A DNA stretch of 64,000 bases from an uncultured Ruminococcus sp. (GCA_902798755.1 CADBYC010000004.1:72135-136134), one strand, 5' to 3'; positions 9,098-17,834 are shown, counted from the stretch's first letter. Translations and numbers: made by a program. Notes: generated by a model from the letters alone, not told the origin.

Positions 9098-9910
9098 TTA
9101 TGCAGTCTTAGCTACGTTGAAGGTGATATTGAAGTTACCGCCTGCGTAAGCATCCTTACAATCGAAGTCGGTACCCTCGAAGTAAACGTATACATCATAA
9201 CCGTAAACTGCATCCTTGGTCAGGGTGCCCAGAGACTGAGGGGTACCCATAGGACCGGTAACAACGGAGTTCGCAGTCTGACCGTCCTCAGTCCAACCAG
9301 CGGTTTCCTTGGAACGGTCGTTGCCATCGCCGAAGATGATCTGATTACCTTTAGCGGTAACGTCCTTAGAACCGGCATTTCTGGGGATCAGCGCTACGCG
9401 GATGTAGTTGGAGCCGAGGGTGTTGGAATCGTCAGCATAGGTAACAGCAGTGTTGATGGTAGCAGCGGTATTCTCACCGGTGTTCATGATGTACAGAGTG
9501 GTGTACTTCACATAAGAACCGTTGGACTTGATGTTGGAAGATACATCAGTATAGGTGTTGGTGGTGTTGTAGCCCTGGTTGTAAACTTCAGCCTTAACAT
9601 TGTTCCAAGTACTGAAGTCCTTGGTGGTAACAGGCTCCATAGCAGCGGCGCCGTTGGTGGTACCGGCAGCGGTGTTCTGGGTGAAGGTCAGGGTCTGAGC
9701 CCAGGAATGAGCCAGCGCGGTATCAGCAGTGTTGTACTCGTTGAGCAGGATGTTGGAAGCCTTGTTGGTCTTCGCGGTCATGCTGCTAGCGGATGCGGTA
9801 TTGGTGGTCGAGAACCATGCGAATGTCGCGGAACCAAGAGCTACGAGAGCTACGAGGAGCATCGCAACGGAAGAGAGTAACGCTCTCTTTCTGAATTTTG
9901 TGTTTGTCAT
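9098..9910 (-). CDS. SipW-type signal peptide protein, putative major fibre subunit (TasA/CalY-like)
   Basis: KFRKRALLSSVAMLLVALVALGSATFAWFST; MEPVTT, YIRVAL, YVYFEGTDFDCKDAYAGG; strong RBS GGAGG and codon choice typical of high expression (AAC, ACC, GGT, GCT). Confidence 0.85.
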   Translation of the reverse strand: MTNTKFRKRALLSSVAMLLVALVALGSATFAWFSTTNTASASSMTAKTNKASNILLNEYNTADTALAHSWAQTLTFTQNTAAGTTNGAAAMEPVTTKDFSTWNNVKAEVYNQGYNTTNTYTDVSSNIKSNGSYVKYTTLYIMNTGENTAATINTAVTYADDSNTLGSNYIRVALIPRNAGSKDVTAKGNQIIFGDGNDRSKETAGWTEDGQTANSVVTGPMGTPQSLGTLTKDAVYGYDVYVYFEGTDFDCKDAYAGGNFNITFNVAKTA

Positions 9911-10004
9911 GAGAATTCCTCCTTAATAATTATTGTTGTCCCAAACACGAGGACAGATTTACTATTCAATCAGGCGTTTGCCGCCTGTCTAAACCGTATG
10001 AAGA

Positions 10005-10832
10005 TCAACCGAACGCGGCGTTGTTTTCATCCGTTCCGCCGAAGAGCATCTCAAAGGTGACGTTGGCGTCCTGTACGTCGTTATCACACTCGGGATCGTT
10101 ACCCTCTGCCCAGATACGGAAGGTGATCTGCTTGGGGGTGAGCTTGTCGAGCTTGAAGAGGCGGGTATCGTTGCTAAAGGTCTGGCCAACGTCAAAGGTG
10201 GTCTGACCGTTGACGGGAGTGCCTCGGTTAGGCTCCCAGATGGCGGCTGAGCCGCTGTCCTCATAGGAAACGCGGACAGCCTTTGTAACATCCGCCTTGG
10301 CGCCGGTCTCGGTGGTGGTACATCTAGTGGTAGCGTCTTTTCCCTCTACCTGAGCGGTCTGACCGGAGAGGTGGACCCACATATCGGCAGTAGAGATAAA
10401 CCATACCTTGAATTCAATATAAGTAGTAGCGTTCGCGTTGCGGGAGTTGCCTGTCTGACCGGTGAAGGTGATACCGTTGGTGGTGGTGACGGGATCCATC
10501 AGCTGCTGGTCGAGGGTGGGCGCGTTCTGCGCTCTGAGCGAAGTGTTAACCATTTCGTTTGTGAGCGTCTTTTTCCACAGACTGACGTCAGTGCCGCGGT
10601 TCTCGATATCGAGATATAATTCGGGAGCTGTGGAGATCTTAAGATTGATATCGTTGACAGCCGCAAAATTGGACAGCGTAAACCATGCCAGCGTCGCTGT
10701 GATCAAAACAAGCATAGCAATAATGCTCAAGAGGAAGGTGAATTTCCGCTTGACTCGCGCCTGTGCTTTCTTCAATTTTTCGAGCTCTTGCCGCAGCTCT
10801 AATATTGTCTTATCTTCCATACAACTCACCAT
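10005..10832 (-). CDS. SipW-type signal peptide protein, fibre subunit paralogue (start may be 10820)
   Basis: ITATLAWFTL; MDPVTTTNG, YIEFKVWF, AVRVSY, IWEP, FRIWAEGNDPEC. Confidence 0.85.
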   Translation of the reverse strand: MVSCMEDKTILELRQELEKLKKAQARVKRKFTFLLSIIAMLVLITATLAWFTLSNFAAVNDINLKISTAPELYLDIENRGTDVSLWKKTLTNEMVNTSLRAQNAPTLDQQLMDPVTTTNGITFTGQTGNSRNANATTYIEFKVWFISTADMWVHLSGQTAQVEGKDATTRCTTTETGAKADVTKAVRVSYEDSGSAAIWEPNRGTPVNGQTTFDVGQTFSNDTRLFKLDKLTPKQITFRIWAEGNDPECDNDVQDANVTFEMLFGGTDENNAAFG

Positions 10833-11178
10833 CTAAACACTACATATTGTGGGCGTACAAAACGGATACTCGGTAATGGCCTGTTAATCCTACTTTAAAG
10901 CATAATAATCTGCAAATAATTATATCCCAAATATTGTGAAAAATCAACAAGCATTTTTCACACGCATCCAAAAAACTCTTCGTTTTGACTAAGAAAAACT
11001 ATCTGTTGTTAGTTTTATACTTATTTTAATTTGTGATTTTGTGAGATTTGACGGTCGATTAAGCACAATCCCTAAAATCAATAATCAATTTTTGTACATC
11101 GATACAATCTGTTGTTACCGCTGTATTAACACTATGTAAAGCAAATGTGACTATTTCCGTTCAAAACGCAAGCAAAAA

Positions 11179-11202
11179 GGCTGCCGCAACAGTGCGACAG
11201 CC
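11179..11202 (-). terminator. Rho-independent terminator after the phage-like gene trio
   Basis: Minus strand ggctgtcgca-ctgt-tgcggcagcc followed by TTTTT. Confidence 0.7.
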
Positions 11203-11246
11203 CTTATGCCTTTGTCGTTATTTATTCATTTGTTCCACTCTCGGGA

Positions 11247-11441
11247 TCATATCCCCAATAAGTTTTCAAGTTCCTTCCAAAGCGGAAGATTCCTGAGCAT
11301 ATTGTAGATCACCGTATGCGTTTTGATATCCTCGGCAAAGCTGATCAATCTGCCGCGCAGCTCGCTGAACCTTTCGCTTTCTGCTTCAAGCTCCTTCCTG
11401 CGGGAATCAACTCGCTCCCGCAGCTTACGCTTCGTCATCAT
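11247..11441 (-). CDS. Small hypothetical protein (phage-like module)
   Basis: 64 aa ORF overlapping the 3' end of the upstream gene, followed by a terminator. Confidence 0.55.
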   Translation of the reverse strand: MMTKRKLRERVDSRRKELEAESERFSELRGRLISFAEDIKTHTVIYNMLRNLPLWKELENLLGI

Positions 11442-11676
11442 CCAGATTCACCCCCAACTCGCCGAGCATAGCGAGGGTATCGCTCAATGTCAGCTCTTCC
11501 CCGTCCTCGATCGGGACGTCGGTCTCTGTGTAGGTAAAGCCGCTGTCCTCCATGTCGATCGCCTCATTGTACATTTCTTCGGTACCGTCCTTGCGGATCA
11601 TCATACCGACGTCAGAGTATGTGCGATACAGCTTCTTACCGTCCTCACGGGTTTGATCATACTCAACTTTCAGCAT
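11425..11676 (-). CDS. Small acidic phage-like protein of the kind that follows tail-fibre genes
   Basis: LYRTYSDVGMMIRKDGTEEMYNEAID...TYTETDVPIE; RBS GGAGG; overlaps upstream gene. Confidence 0.7.
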   Translation of the reverse strand: MLKVEYDQTREDGKKLYRTYSDVGMMIRKDGTEEMYNEAIDMEDSGFTYTETDVPIEDGEELTLSDTLAMLGELGVNLDDDEA

Positions 11677-12853
11677 ATTTGCCTCCTATCTGCATTTTAG
11701 AAGCGAGAGCACTCCAGTTGGTAGCTGACTGAAACGCCGAGAGCATCGCCGCGTTCCTGACATAAAACACCGCGTCATCCGAAATTGAAAAAAAAGTATT
11801 TGTCTCTACAACAGGTACCGTTGTCAATGCTGAGAGATCGATGCTTTTTAAGTAATTATTGTTTACAAATGCAGCCGATTTGAGTTTTTGTATCGAGGGC
11901 GACAAAGCGACGAATTGCAGAATAGGGTTGTTTCTAAAAACAAAACTATTAATCTCCGTTACGCTTTGGGGTATAGAGACCGTATGTAATCGGTCGTAGG
12001 AAAAAGCGGAATCGTCCAGCCCCCATAATGTTCCTCCGGGAAACGCTACCGTATGCAATGATTTGGAATCGGCAAACGCATAGGTGCGGATAGCTTCTAC
12101 CGATGCGGGAATCACCACCGCCGGAAGCGAATTGCATCCGTAAAATGCGTTGCTTTCGATCTGAGTAATCCCTTCCGGAATGGTTATCAAACGAAGCAAG
12201 TGGCACTCATTGCAACACGACGCTTTGATTTTTGATCGCACTCCGAATTCCGCTTTGCTCAGTCTTTGTCTTATTATATTTGAAGGCGTTTTAAGCATAA
12301 AATAATTATTACTGTCCGCGCAAACTGTATATCTGCCACAGCCAGCATAAATATGCTCTGCAGGAGAGGTTGTATAAACCCCGGACGTACCGTCACCCCA
12401 ATCGATAGAAATTTCCCAGCCCGTTCCCTCATAAAACGGAATTGACAGAGTCAGATCATCGCCTTCATACAAATCAAAAGTGAGATGTGTTTTGCCGTCG
12501 GACGGAACGCGTACAGCGCCGACCGTCAGCGGAAAACCATATGCCAGGATCTCCGAAAGCGTCCAGTTCCAGCCCTGATATGTATATCCTTCTCTTGTCG
12601 GCAGCTGTGGCAGTGAGGACAGAGATTGTATCTCCGATTCGGTATAGCTATATAATCTTGTACCGTCCACATCAATAAAATTGACATATTTCGGTTCAGC
12701 CTCAGTATCGCTGCCCTGTGAAATACTGTCGATCGTTTCCGCCAGATTAGCGCTGTTCTGAGCTGTCGGCATAATCGCGCCTTTGCCGTCACAAGCTGTA
12801 TATGCAGCGGCTATGTTATTCATTATTCTATGAACTTCACTTACAATACTCAA
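11663..12853 (-). CDS. BspA-type leucine-rich repeat protein with phage tail-fibre-like N-terminus
   Basis: MSIVSEVHRI...AIMP...ANLAETIDSI N-terminus, VNFIDVDGT...FQ/YQGWNW, IDWGDG, LRR_5 repeats (ITIPEGITQIESNAFYGCNSL); no signal peptide; lower GC. Confidence 0.75.
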   Translation of the reverse strand: MSIVSEVHRIMNNIAAAYTACDGKGAIMPTAQNSANLAETIDSISQGSDTEAEPKYVNFIDVDGTRLYSYTESEIQSLSSLPQLPTREGYTYQGWNWTLSEILAYGFPLTVGAVRVPSDGKTHLTFDLYEGDDLTLSIPFYEGTGWEISIDWGDGTSGVYTTSPAEHIYAGCGRYTVCADSNNYFMLKTPSNIIRQRLSKAEFGVRSKIKASCCNECHLLRLITIPEGITQIESNAFYGCNSLPAVVIPASVEAIRTYAFADSKSLHTVAFPGGTLWGLDDSAFSYDRLHTVSIPQSVTEINSFVFRNNPILQFVALSPSIQKLKSAAFVNNNYLKSIDLSALTTVPVVETNTFFSISDDAVFYVRNAAMLSAFQSATNWSALASKMQIGGKYAES

Positions 12854-12891
12854 ATATAATCATTCCCTTCAATTAGATATATATAAATTTC

Positions 12892-12965
12892 GGTTGCATA
12901 AAACTATGCAGGCCCCCTCCATCTATGCCGAGATATATATAATAGTTGCATAAAAGTATGCAACT
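12892..12965. promoter_or_regulatory. Two palindromic operator-like sites TTGCAT-N6-ATGCA upstream of the LRR gene
   Basis: ggttgcataaaactatgcaggc (12892-12913) and agttgcataaaagtatgcaact (12944-12965). Confidence 0.6.
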
Positions 12966-13000
12966 AAGAAATGAAAAGAAGAACATTTTTCAAAAAAGAC

Positions 13001-13029
13001 TTGATTTTTTTCGCAGAATTGTATATAAT
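13001..13029 (+). promoter_or_regulatory. SigA-type promoter of tRNA-Ser
   Basis: TTGATT-17 bp-TATAAT. Confidence 0.7.
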
Positions 13030-13068
13030 AGTTGAGCAATTGAAAATGAACATTCAATTTGACCACAT

Positions 13069-13157
13069 GTAGAGTTGTCCGAGTGGCCGAAGGAGCAGCA
13101 CTGGAAATGCTGTGTACCTTTCTGGTACCGAGGGTTCAAATCCCTCACTCTACGCCA
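13069..13157 (+). tRNA. tRNA-Ser(GGA)
   Basis: Acceptor stem GTAGAGT/ACTCTAC, D-loop GAGTGGCCGAA, anticodon arm CAGCA-CTGGAAA-TGCTG, long variable arm, T-arm GAGGG-TTCAAAT-CCCTC, encoded CCA. Confidence 0.97.
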
Positions 13158-13158
13158 T

Positions 13159-14997
13159 ATAACAATGGGGCTGTCGCACTAAGACATCCCTAAAACTAGA
13201 CCGGGCAGCCCAAAAGGGTTGCCCGGTCAGTGCTTTCATAGTATAATTTAATTGCCAAAGAAAACCACACAGAAAGCAAGGTAATTATACAATGATGAGA
13301 AACAGAAATCAACTGGTTTTACCAATAAATTATGAAGTAATAATCGACGAGAACGACGCGGTATGGAAATTGGTGGAAATTAGCGACAAGTTGGATTACA
13401 CACGGTTGTATGATGAATATCTCAGACACTGGCGCGCCATAGATCCCGCCGTCATGTTTGAAATACTGGTATTCGCGTACATGAACCATATCTATTCCAG
13501 TCGGGCAATCGAGCAAGCTTGTAAAACAGACATAAGGTTTATGTGGCTGCCGCAGGGAGAGTCCGCGCCCGATCACGCTACTATCGCGCGTTTTCAGAAT
13601 GAGCGGCTGACAGACATCATAGAAGATTTGTTTGTTCAGCTGGTCATGAAGCTGCATGAGCTTGGGGAGATCAAGTTCAATAACATCTTCATCGACGGTA
13701 CAAAGATAGAAGCAAACGCGAATAGATATACCTTCGTCTGGGCGAAGACAGTCGAAAAGAATCTGCAAAAGCTCAATGCAAAGATCAATCAGGAGTTACC
13801 GGAACTATGTGAAAAGTATGGATTGTCCGAAACAGCGTCATTAGTAGATGTAGTAGACTTTCTGCTCAAAGCAAGGGACTTGTTGGGAATACAATTTGCC
13901 TATGGTAAAGGGAAACGCAAAACAGAGATTCAAAGGGACTATGACCGTATTTATGACTACTTGGAAAGGATAGAGAAATACCACGAAAGCCAAGTAATCC
14001 TCGGCACAAGAAACAGCTATTCCAAAACCGACCTTGACGCAACCTTTATGAGGATGAAAGAGGATCATATGAGAAACGGTCAGCTAAAACCTGCCTACAA
14101 TGTGCAGATCGGAGTAGAAAGCGAATACATCGTCGGAGTAGGTTTGTATTCTAATCCGACAGATACAACAACACTCATACCGTTCTTAGAACGTCTGAGA
14201 AATAACATCGGAAGAAAATATACAAACATCATAGCCGACGCGGGATATGCAAGCGAGGAGAATTACACTTATCTGGAAGAGAATGAACAGAACGCGTACA
14301 TCAAGTCTGCCGACTATGAGATCCGCAAAACGAAGAAATACAAAAAGAATATTTACCGCGTTGAAAACCTCAGTTATGATGAGATCGGAGATTACTTTAC
14401 TTGCCCAAACGGCAAAAGGCTGAATCACGCCTATGACGGTAAAAGGAAAACAGAGAACGGTTATGAGGTCGTAAAGAGCTATTACATCTGTGAAAGCTGC
14501 GAGGGTTGTCCTTACCGAGAGAAGTGCTACAAAGGCAAGTATGAAAACAGAAAGATTTCCTTCTCCAAGACAATGGCAAGACAAAAAGCGCAAGCCACAG
14601 AGAGGATTACCGCCGACGAGGGAAACATACTGCGGCAGAATCGCTCCATACAAGTTGAGGGGGCTTTTGGGATCGTCAAGCAAGACAGAGATTTCAGACG
14701 CTTCTTGACCAGAGGTAAGGCAAAGACTGAAACACAATTTTTCCTGATCGCTTTTTCCTTCAACATCAATAAACTGCATAACCGAACGATCTACAAACGT
14801 TTAGGCTTGGAATTATTTAATCAGGAGGCTGCGTAAACCGAAAAGTTTTCAACATGGAAACCAAAAGAGAGCGTTTTTCAACGCCCTCTGATTCACTGCG
14901 ATTGCATATTGCTAATGTTATGATGATAAACAATGTTAGAGATTCAATAAATAGGGCTGCCGCAAAGCTTTCCGTTTTGCGACAGCCCCATTGTTAT
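13159..14997 (+). mobile_element. IS1182-family insertion sequence
   Basis: Transposase bounded by a perfect 20-bp IR ataacaatggggctgtcgca (13159-13178) / tgcgacagccccattgttat (14978-14997); part of this IR may be the target hairpin; lower GC. Confidence 0.9.
13292..14836 (+). CDS. IS1182-family DDE transposase
   Basis: SSRAIEQAC, PDHATIARF, FIDGTKIEANANRYTFVW, SYSKTDLDATFMRMKEDHM, KPAYNVQ, ADAGY, RSIQVEGAFG. Confidence 0.95.
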   Translation: MMRNRNQLVLPINYEVIIDENDAVWKLVEISDKLDYTRLYDEYLRHWRAIDPAVMFEILVFAYMNHIYSSRAIEQACKTDIRFMWLPQGESAPDHATIARFQNERLTDIIEDLFVQLVMKLHELGEIKFNNIFIDGTKIEANANRYTFVWAKTVEKNLQKLNAKINQELPELCEKYGLSETASLVDVVDFLLKARDLLGIQFAYGKGKRKTEIQRDYDRIYDYLERIEKYHESQVILGTRNSYSKTDLDATFMRMKEDHMRNGQLKPAYNVQIGVESEYIVGVGLYSNPTDTTTLIPFLERLRNNIGRKYTNIIADAGYASEENYTYLEENEQNAYIKSADYEIRKTKKYKKNIYRVENLSYDEIGDYFTCPNGKRLNHAYDGKRKTENGYEVVKSYYICESCEGCPYREKCYKGKYENRKISFSKTMARQKAQATERITADEGNILRQNRSIQVEGAFGIVKQDRDFRRFLTRGKAKTETQFFLIAFSFNINKLHNRTIYKRLGLELFNQEAA

Positions 14998-15008
14998 TTT
15001 ACACTACA

Positions 15009-15202
15009 GCGTAGAGTGAGGGATTTGAAGGCGAGCGTGTCAAGATGTGCGCAGATCGGGCTTATCGTACTGCTGTATGCTCCTAAGACGATCTCCATAC
15101 AGCCGTACAAGAAACATACTCACTCTACGCCATAGTAATAACACCTGTCCCCTCGGGGTGCAGGTGTTTTACTTTTTATCAGCGTCGAGTGAGGGATTTG
15201 AA
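15009..15202. repeat. Antisense and sense copies of the tRNA-Ser 3' end
   Basis: 15009-15029 is the exact reverse complement of 13135-13155; 15119-15134 is identical to 13144-13159; 15182-15202 is a second antisense copy with 1 mismatch; hairpin acacctg...caggtgt+TTT at 15141-15170. Confidence 0.85.
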
Positions 15203-15247
15203 GGGAAGCTGCTTTTTCGTCGCTTTTCTGACATTATTATAATAGGA

Positions 15248-15931
15248 TCACTCCATCCCTTCGATCCAGCCCGCGATGTCGGACGAGCTGCTCAGGCGCG
15301 CGCCCTCGAGCCAGTTGCCGCTGCCCGCGTTCGCGGCGAGGTTCGCGCCGCTTGCGCCGATACCCGAACCGCCCGAGGTGCAAAACGGGATCATCGTCTT
15401 GCCGCTGAAATCATAGCTCTCAACAAAGGTATCCATGATGCGCGGTTCCTCGCCCCACCAGATGGGATATCCGATATAGATGGTGCTGTAGCCGTCGAGC
15501 GAGATCGTTTCGCTGCCGATCACGGGACGGACGGATTTATCGTTTTGCTCAAGGGTCGTGCGGCTGTTCTGATCGTTCCAGTTCAGATCGTCCTCCGTGT
15601 AGGTCTGCGCGGCGAGGATCTCGTAAGTGTCCGCGCCTGTAACGGACGCGATCTGTTCCGCAACGCCCTTCGTCGTGCCTGTCGCAGAGAAATAGACCAC
15701 CAGAACCGTATTCCCTGCAGGTGCGGAATCAGCAGCAGTTTGTGTTGAAGCCTGCTTATCCGCGGTCGTTGCGGTCTGCTCAGCTTCAGCCGCTTTCGTT
15801 TCGGCAGTAGTCGCTGTCTGCGCCTGTGTTTCACCGGTTGCGGGCTTACTGCCGCAGGCGGCAAAGGTCAGCATGAAAACAATCAGCATTACCATCGCCG
15901 TCAATCTCATCATTCTTGTGTTTTTCATCAA
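15248..15931 (-). CDS. Flavodoxin-like lipoprotein
   Basis: Lipobox FAAC, Ala/Thr linker, VVYFSATGTT, IGYPIWWG, PFCTSGGSG. Confidence 0.9.
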   Translation of the reverse strand: MMKNTRMMRLTAMVMLIVFMLTFAACGSKPATGETQAQTATTAETKAAEAEQTATTADKQASTQTAADSAPAGNTVLVVYFSATGTTKGVAEQIASVTGADTYEILAAQTYTEDDLNWNDQNSRTTLEQNDKSVRPVIGSETISLDGYSTIYIGYPIWWGEEPRIMDTFVESYDFSGKTMIPFCTSGGSGIGASGANLAANAGSGNWLEGARLSSSSDIAGWIEGME

Positions 15932-15940
15932 TAATACCTC

Positions 15941-16984
15941 CTATTTGATCTTTTGATCGCCTGTTGACCAGACGTGCTTTTCTTTTGCGTTTTCACGCTT
16001 GTTCTGCGCCATCACGCCCGCGAGCGGGTGCGGTACATACGGCTCTTCTAAATAGGCGATCTCCTCATCGCTGAGCGCCAGCTCGACCGCCTTTGCCGCG
16101 CCCTCGATGTGGTGGAGCTTTGTCGCGCCGACGACAGGGGACGTCACCTTTGTCAATAGCCACGCGAGCGAGATCTCCGTCATAGTCACATTGTGCTTTT
16201 CGGAAAGCTCCGCGACGCGGTCGATGATCAAGCTGTCCTGCTGAGTGGTCGCGTCATATTTGAACTTAGCGTACACGTCCTCGGCGGCGCGCTTGGTGCC
16301 GCTCTCCCCCGTTCTGCGGGACAGCCTGCCGCTTGCCAGAGCGCTGTAGGGAGTCAGGGCGATATTTTCTTCATGACAGTAGGGCGCCATCTCGCGCTCT
16401 TCCTCACGGAAAATGAGATTATAGTGTCCCTGAACGGATACGAATTTCGCAAAGCCCTCTCTATCGGCGATAGCGTTCGCTTTGGCGAGCTGCCACGCAA
16501 AGCAGTTGGAGATACCGATGTATCGTGCTTTGCCCGCTTTGATGACGCGGTTCAGCCCGTCGAGGATATCCTCGATCGGAGTGTTCCAGTCCCACATATG
16601 ATAAATGTATAAGTCAACGTGATCCATGCCGAGATTCGAAAGGCTTTTGTTGATCATGCTCTCGATATGCTGTTGTCCCGTGATACCGTCCTCGATCTCC
16701 TGCGCCGTTCGCGGCAGGAACTTTGTCGCAACAACAACGTCATCGCGTTTCGCGAAATCACGCAGCGCGCGACCGACATACTGCTCGCTGGTGCCGCTCT
16801 GGTATGCGATGGCGGTATCGTAAAAATTCACGCCCAGCTCCAGACCGCGCTTGATGATCTCTCTTGTATGCTCCTCGTCTATCGTCCAGCTATGCTGACC
16901 TCTCGACGGATCGCCGAAGCCCATGCAGCCCATGCAGATACGGGACACATTCAGATCTGAATTACCTAATTTTGTATATAGCAT
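15941..16984 (-). CDS. Aldo/keto reductase
   Basis: LGNSDLNVSRICMGCM, FYDTAIAY, VVATK, DLYIYH, GKARYIGISN. Confidence 0.95.
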   Translation of the reverse strand: MLYTKLGNSDLNVSRICMGCMGFGDPSRGQHSWTIDEEHTREIIKRGLELGVNFYDTAIAYQSGTSEQYVGRALRDFAKRDDVVVATKFLPRTAQEIEDGITGQQHIESMINKSLSNLGMDHVDLYIYHMWDWNTPIEDILDGLNRVIKAGKARYIGISNCFAWQLAKANAIADREGFAKFVSVQGHYNLIFREEEREMAPYCHEENIALTPYSALASGRLSRRTGESGTKRAAEDVYAKFKYDATTQQDSLIIDRVAELSEKHNVTMTEISLAWLLTKVTSPVVGATKLHHIEGAAKAVELALSDEEIAYLEEPYVPHPLAGVMAQNKRENAKEKHVWSTGDQKIK

Positions 16985-16990
16985 CTTTCA

Positions 16991-17629
16991 TCACCCTAAC
17001 AGTTTCTTAGCACAGGAATAAGCAAGGTCGCGGATCGAATAAAAAACATATCCGACCTTTGCCTTATCCATCGCGTGCTTTTGCTTCTCAGTCACGACCG
17101 TGTACGGATAGATGCCGTAGATAAACGGAAAGAACGCGTACAGAAATTCTCTGCGTGCCTCTTCGTCCATCTCGGGGCAGAATTTTTGCAGAAGCCTGTC
17201 CACCGTCTTCAGCGAATTACCGTAAGCGACCTTGAACTCACACAGGCGCTCCTCGCGGCTGTTCTCCTCCATATCATAATGATTCATGCTCATGAGCTTT
17301 AAGAGCAGCTCCCGCTTTTCAAGCGACAAAGCCAGCGCCTGAGCGATTTCGTCCTTTGTCATGGAATCGGTCGTATTGATGGTATTCTCCAGATCCGCGA
17401 CCCACAGCTCATATTCCCTTTGCAGGATCGCGAGGAAGATCTCTTCCTTTGTTTCAAAATAATTGTAGATAGAAGCGCGGGAGAAGGTCGTGTACGCCGC
17501 GATCTTCATGATCGTAATATCCTTGAAGCTCACATCCCGATACAGCGTTTTGCACGCGGATATGATCTCTTCCTTGCGAGCGTTGGTCAGCTCGGGAGAA
17601 CCCTTGGGCATAGTATCACCTGTTTGCAT
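16991..17629 (-). CDS. TetR-family transcriptional regulator
   Basis: N-terminal HTH ITIMKIA...SRASIYNYFETKEEIF. Confidence 0.92.
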   Translation of the reverse strand: MQTGDTMPKGSPELTNARKEEIISACKTLYRDVSFKDITIMKIAAYTTFSRASIYNYFETKEEIFLAILQREYELWVADLENTINTTDSMTKDEIAQALALSLEKRELLLKLMSMNHYDMEENSREERLCEFKVAYGNSLKTVDRLLQKFCPEMDEEARREFLYAFFPFIYGIYPYTVVTEKQKHAMDKAKVGYVFYSIRDLAYSCAKKLLG

Positions 17630-17633
17630 TATT

Positions 17634-17684
17634 CTGACACAGTGTCAGTAAATATACTATACACTTATTCTGACATAATGTCAA
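17634..17684 (-). promoter_or_regulatory. Promoter with two TetR-type operators
   Basis: Palindromes CTGACACAGTGTCAG (17634-17648) and TGACATAATGTCA (17671-17683); minus strand TTGACA-17 bp-TATAGT. Confidence 0.75.
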
Positions 17685-17707
17685 TATACTTTCCGATTTT
17701 TCCTCTC

Positions 17708-17759
17708 AGTTGCATAAAATCATGCAACTTATCCCATTATCTCGTCATAAGTGGAGGGG
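17708..17759 (+). promoter_or_regulatory. 52-bp motif with AGTTGCAT-N6-ATGCAACT palindrome, homologous to 12914-12965 (inverted)
   Basis: Ungapped hand alignment gives 38 of 52 identities. Confidence 0.65.
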
Positions 17760-17834
17760 TATCACAACAAAGGAATGATGTTTTGAGATTCATGTATGAT
17801 ATATGCTTTTCCGTTCACGCGGGAGTGACAGACA

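Noticed and set aside
12944-12965. Chromosomal dif site
   Set aside because: Arms are only 8-9 bp and lack the TTATGTAAA-like XerD arm; three variant copies fit an operator better.
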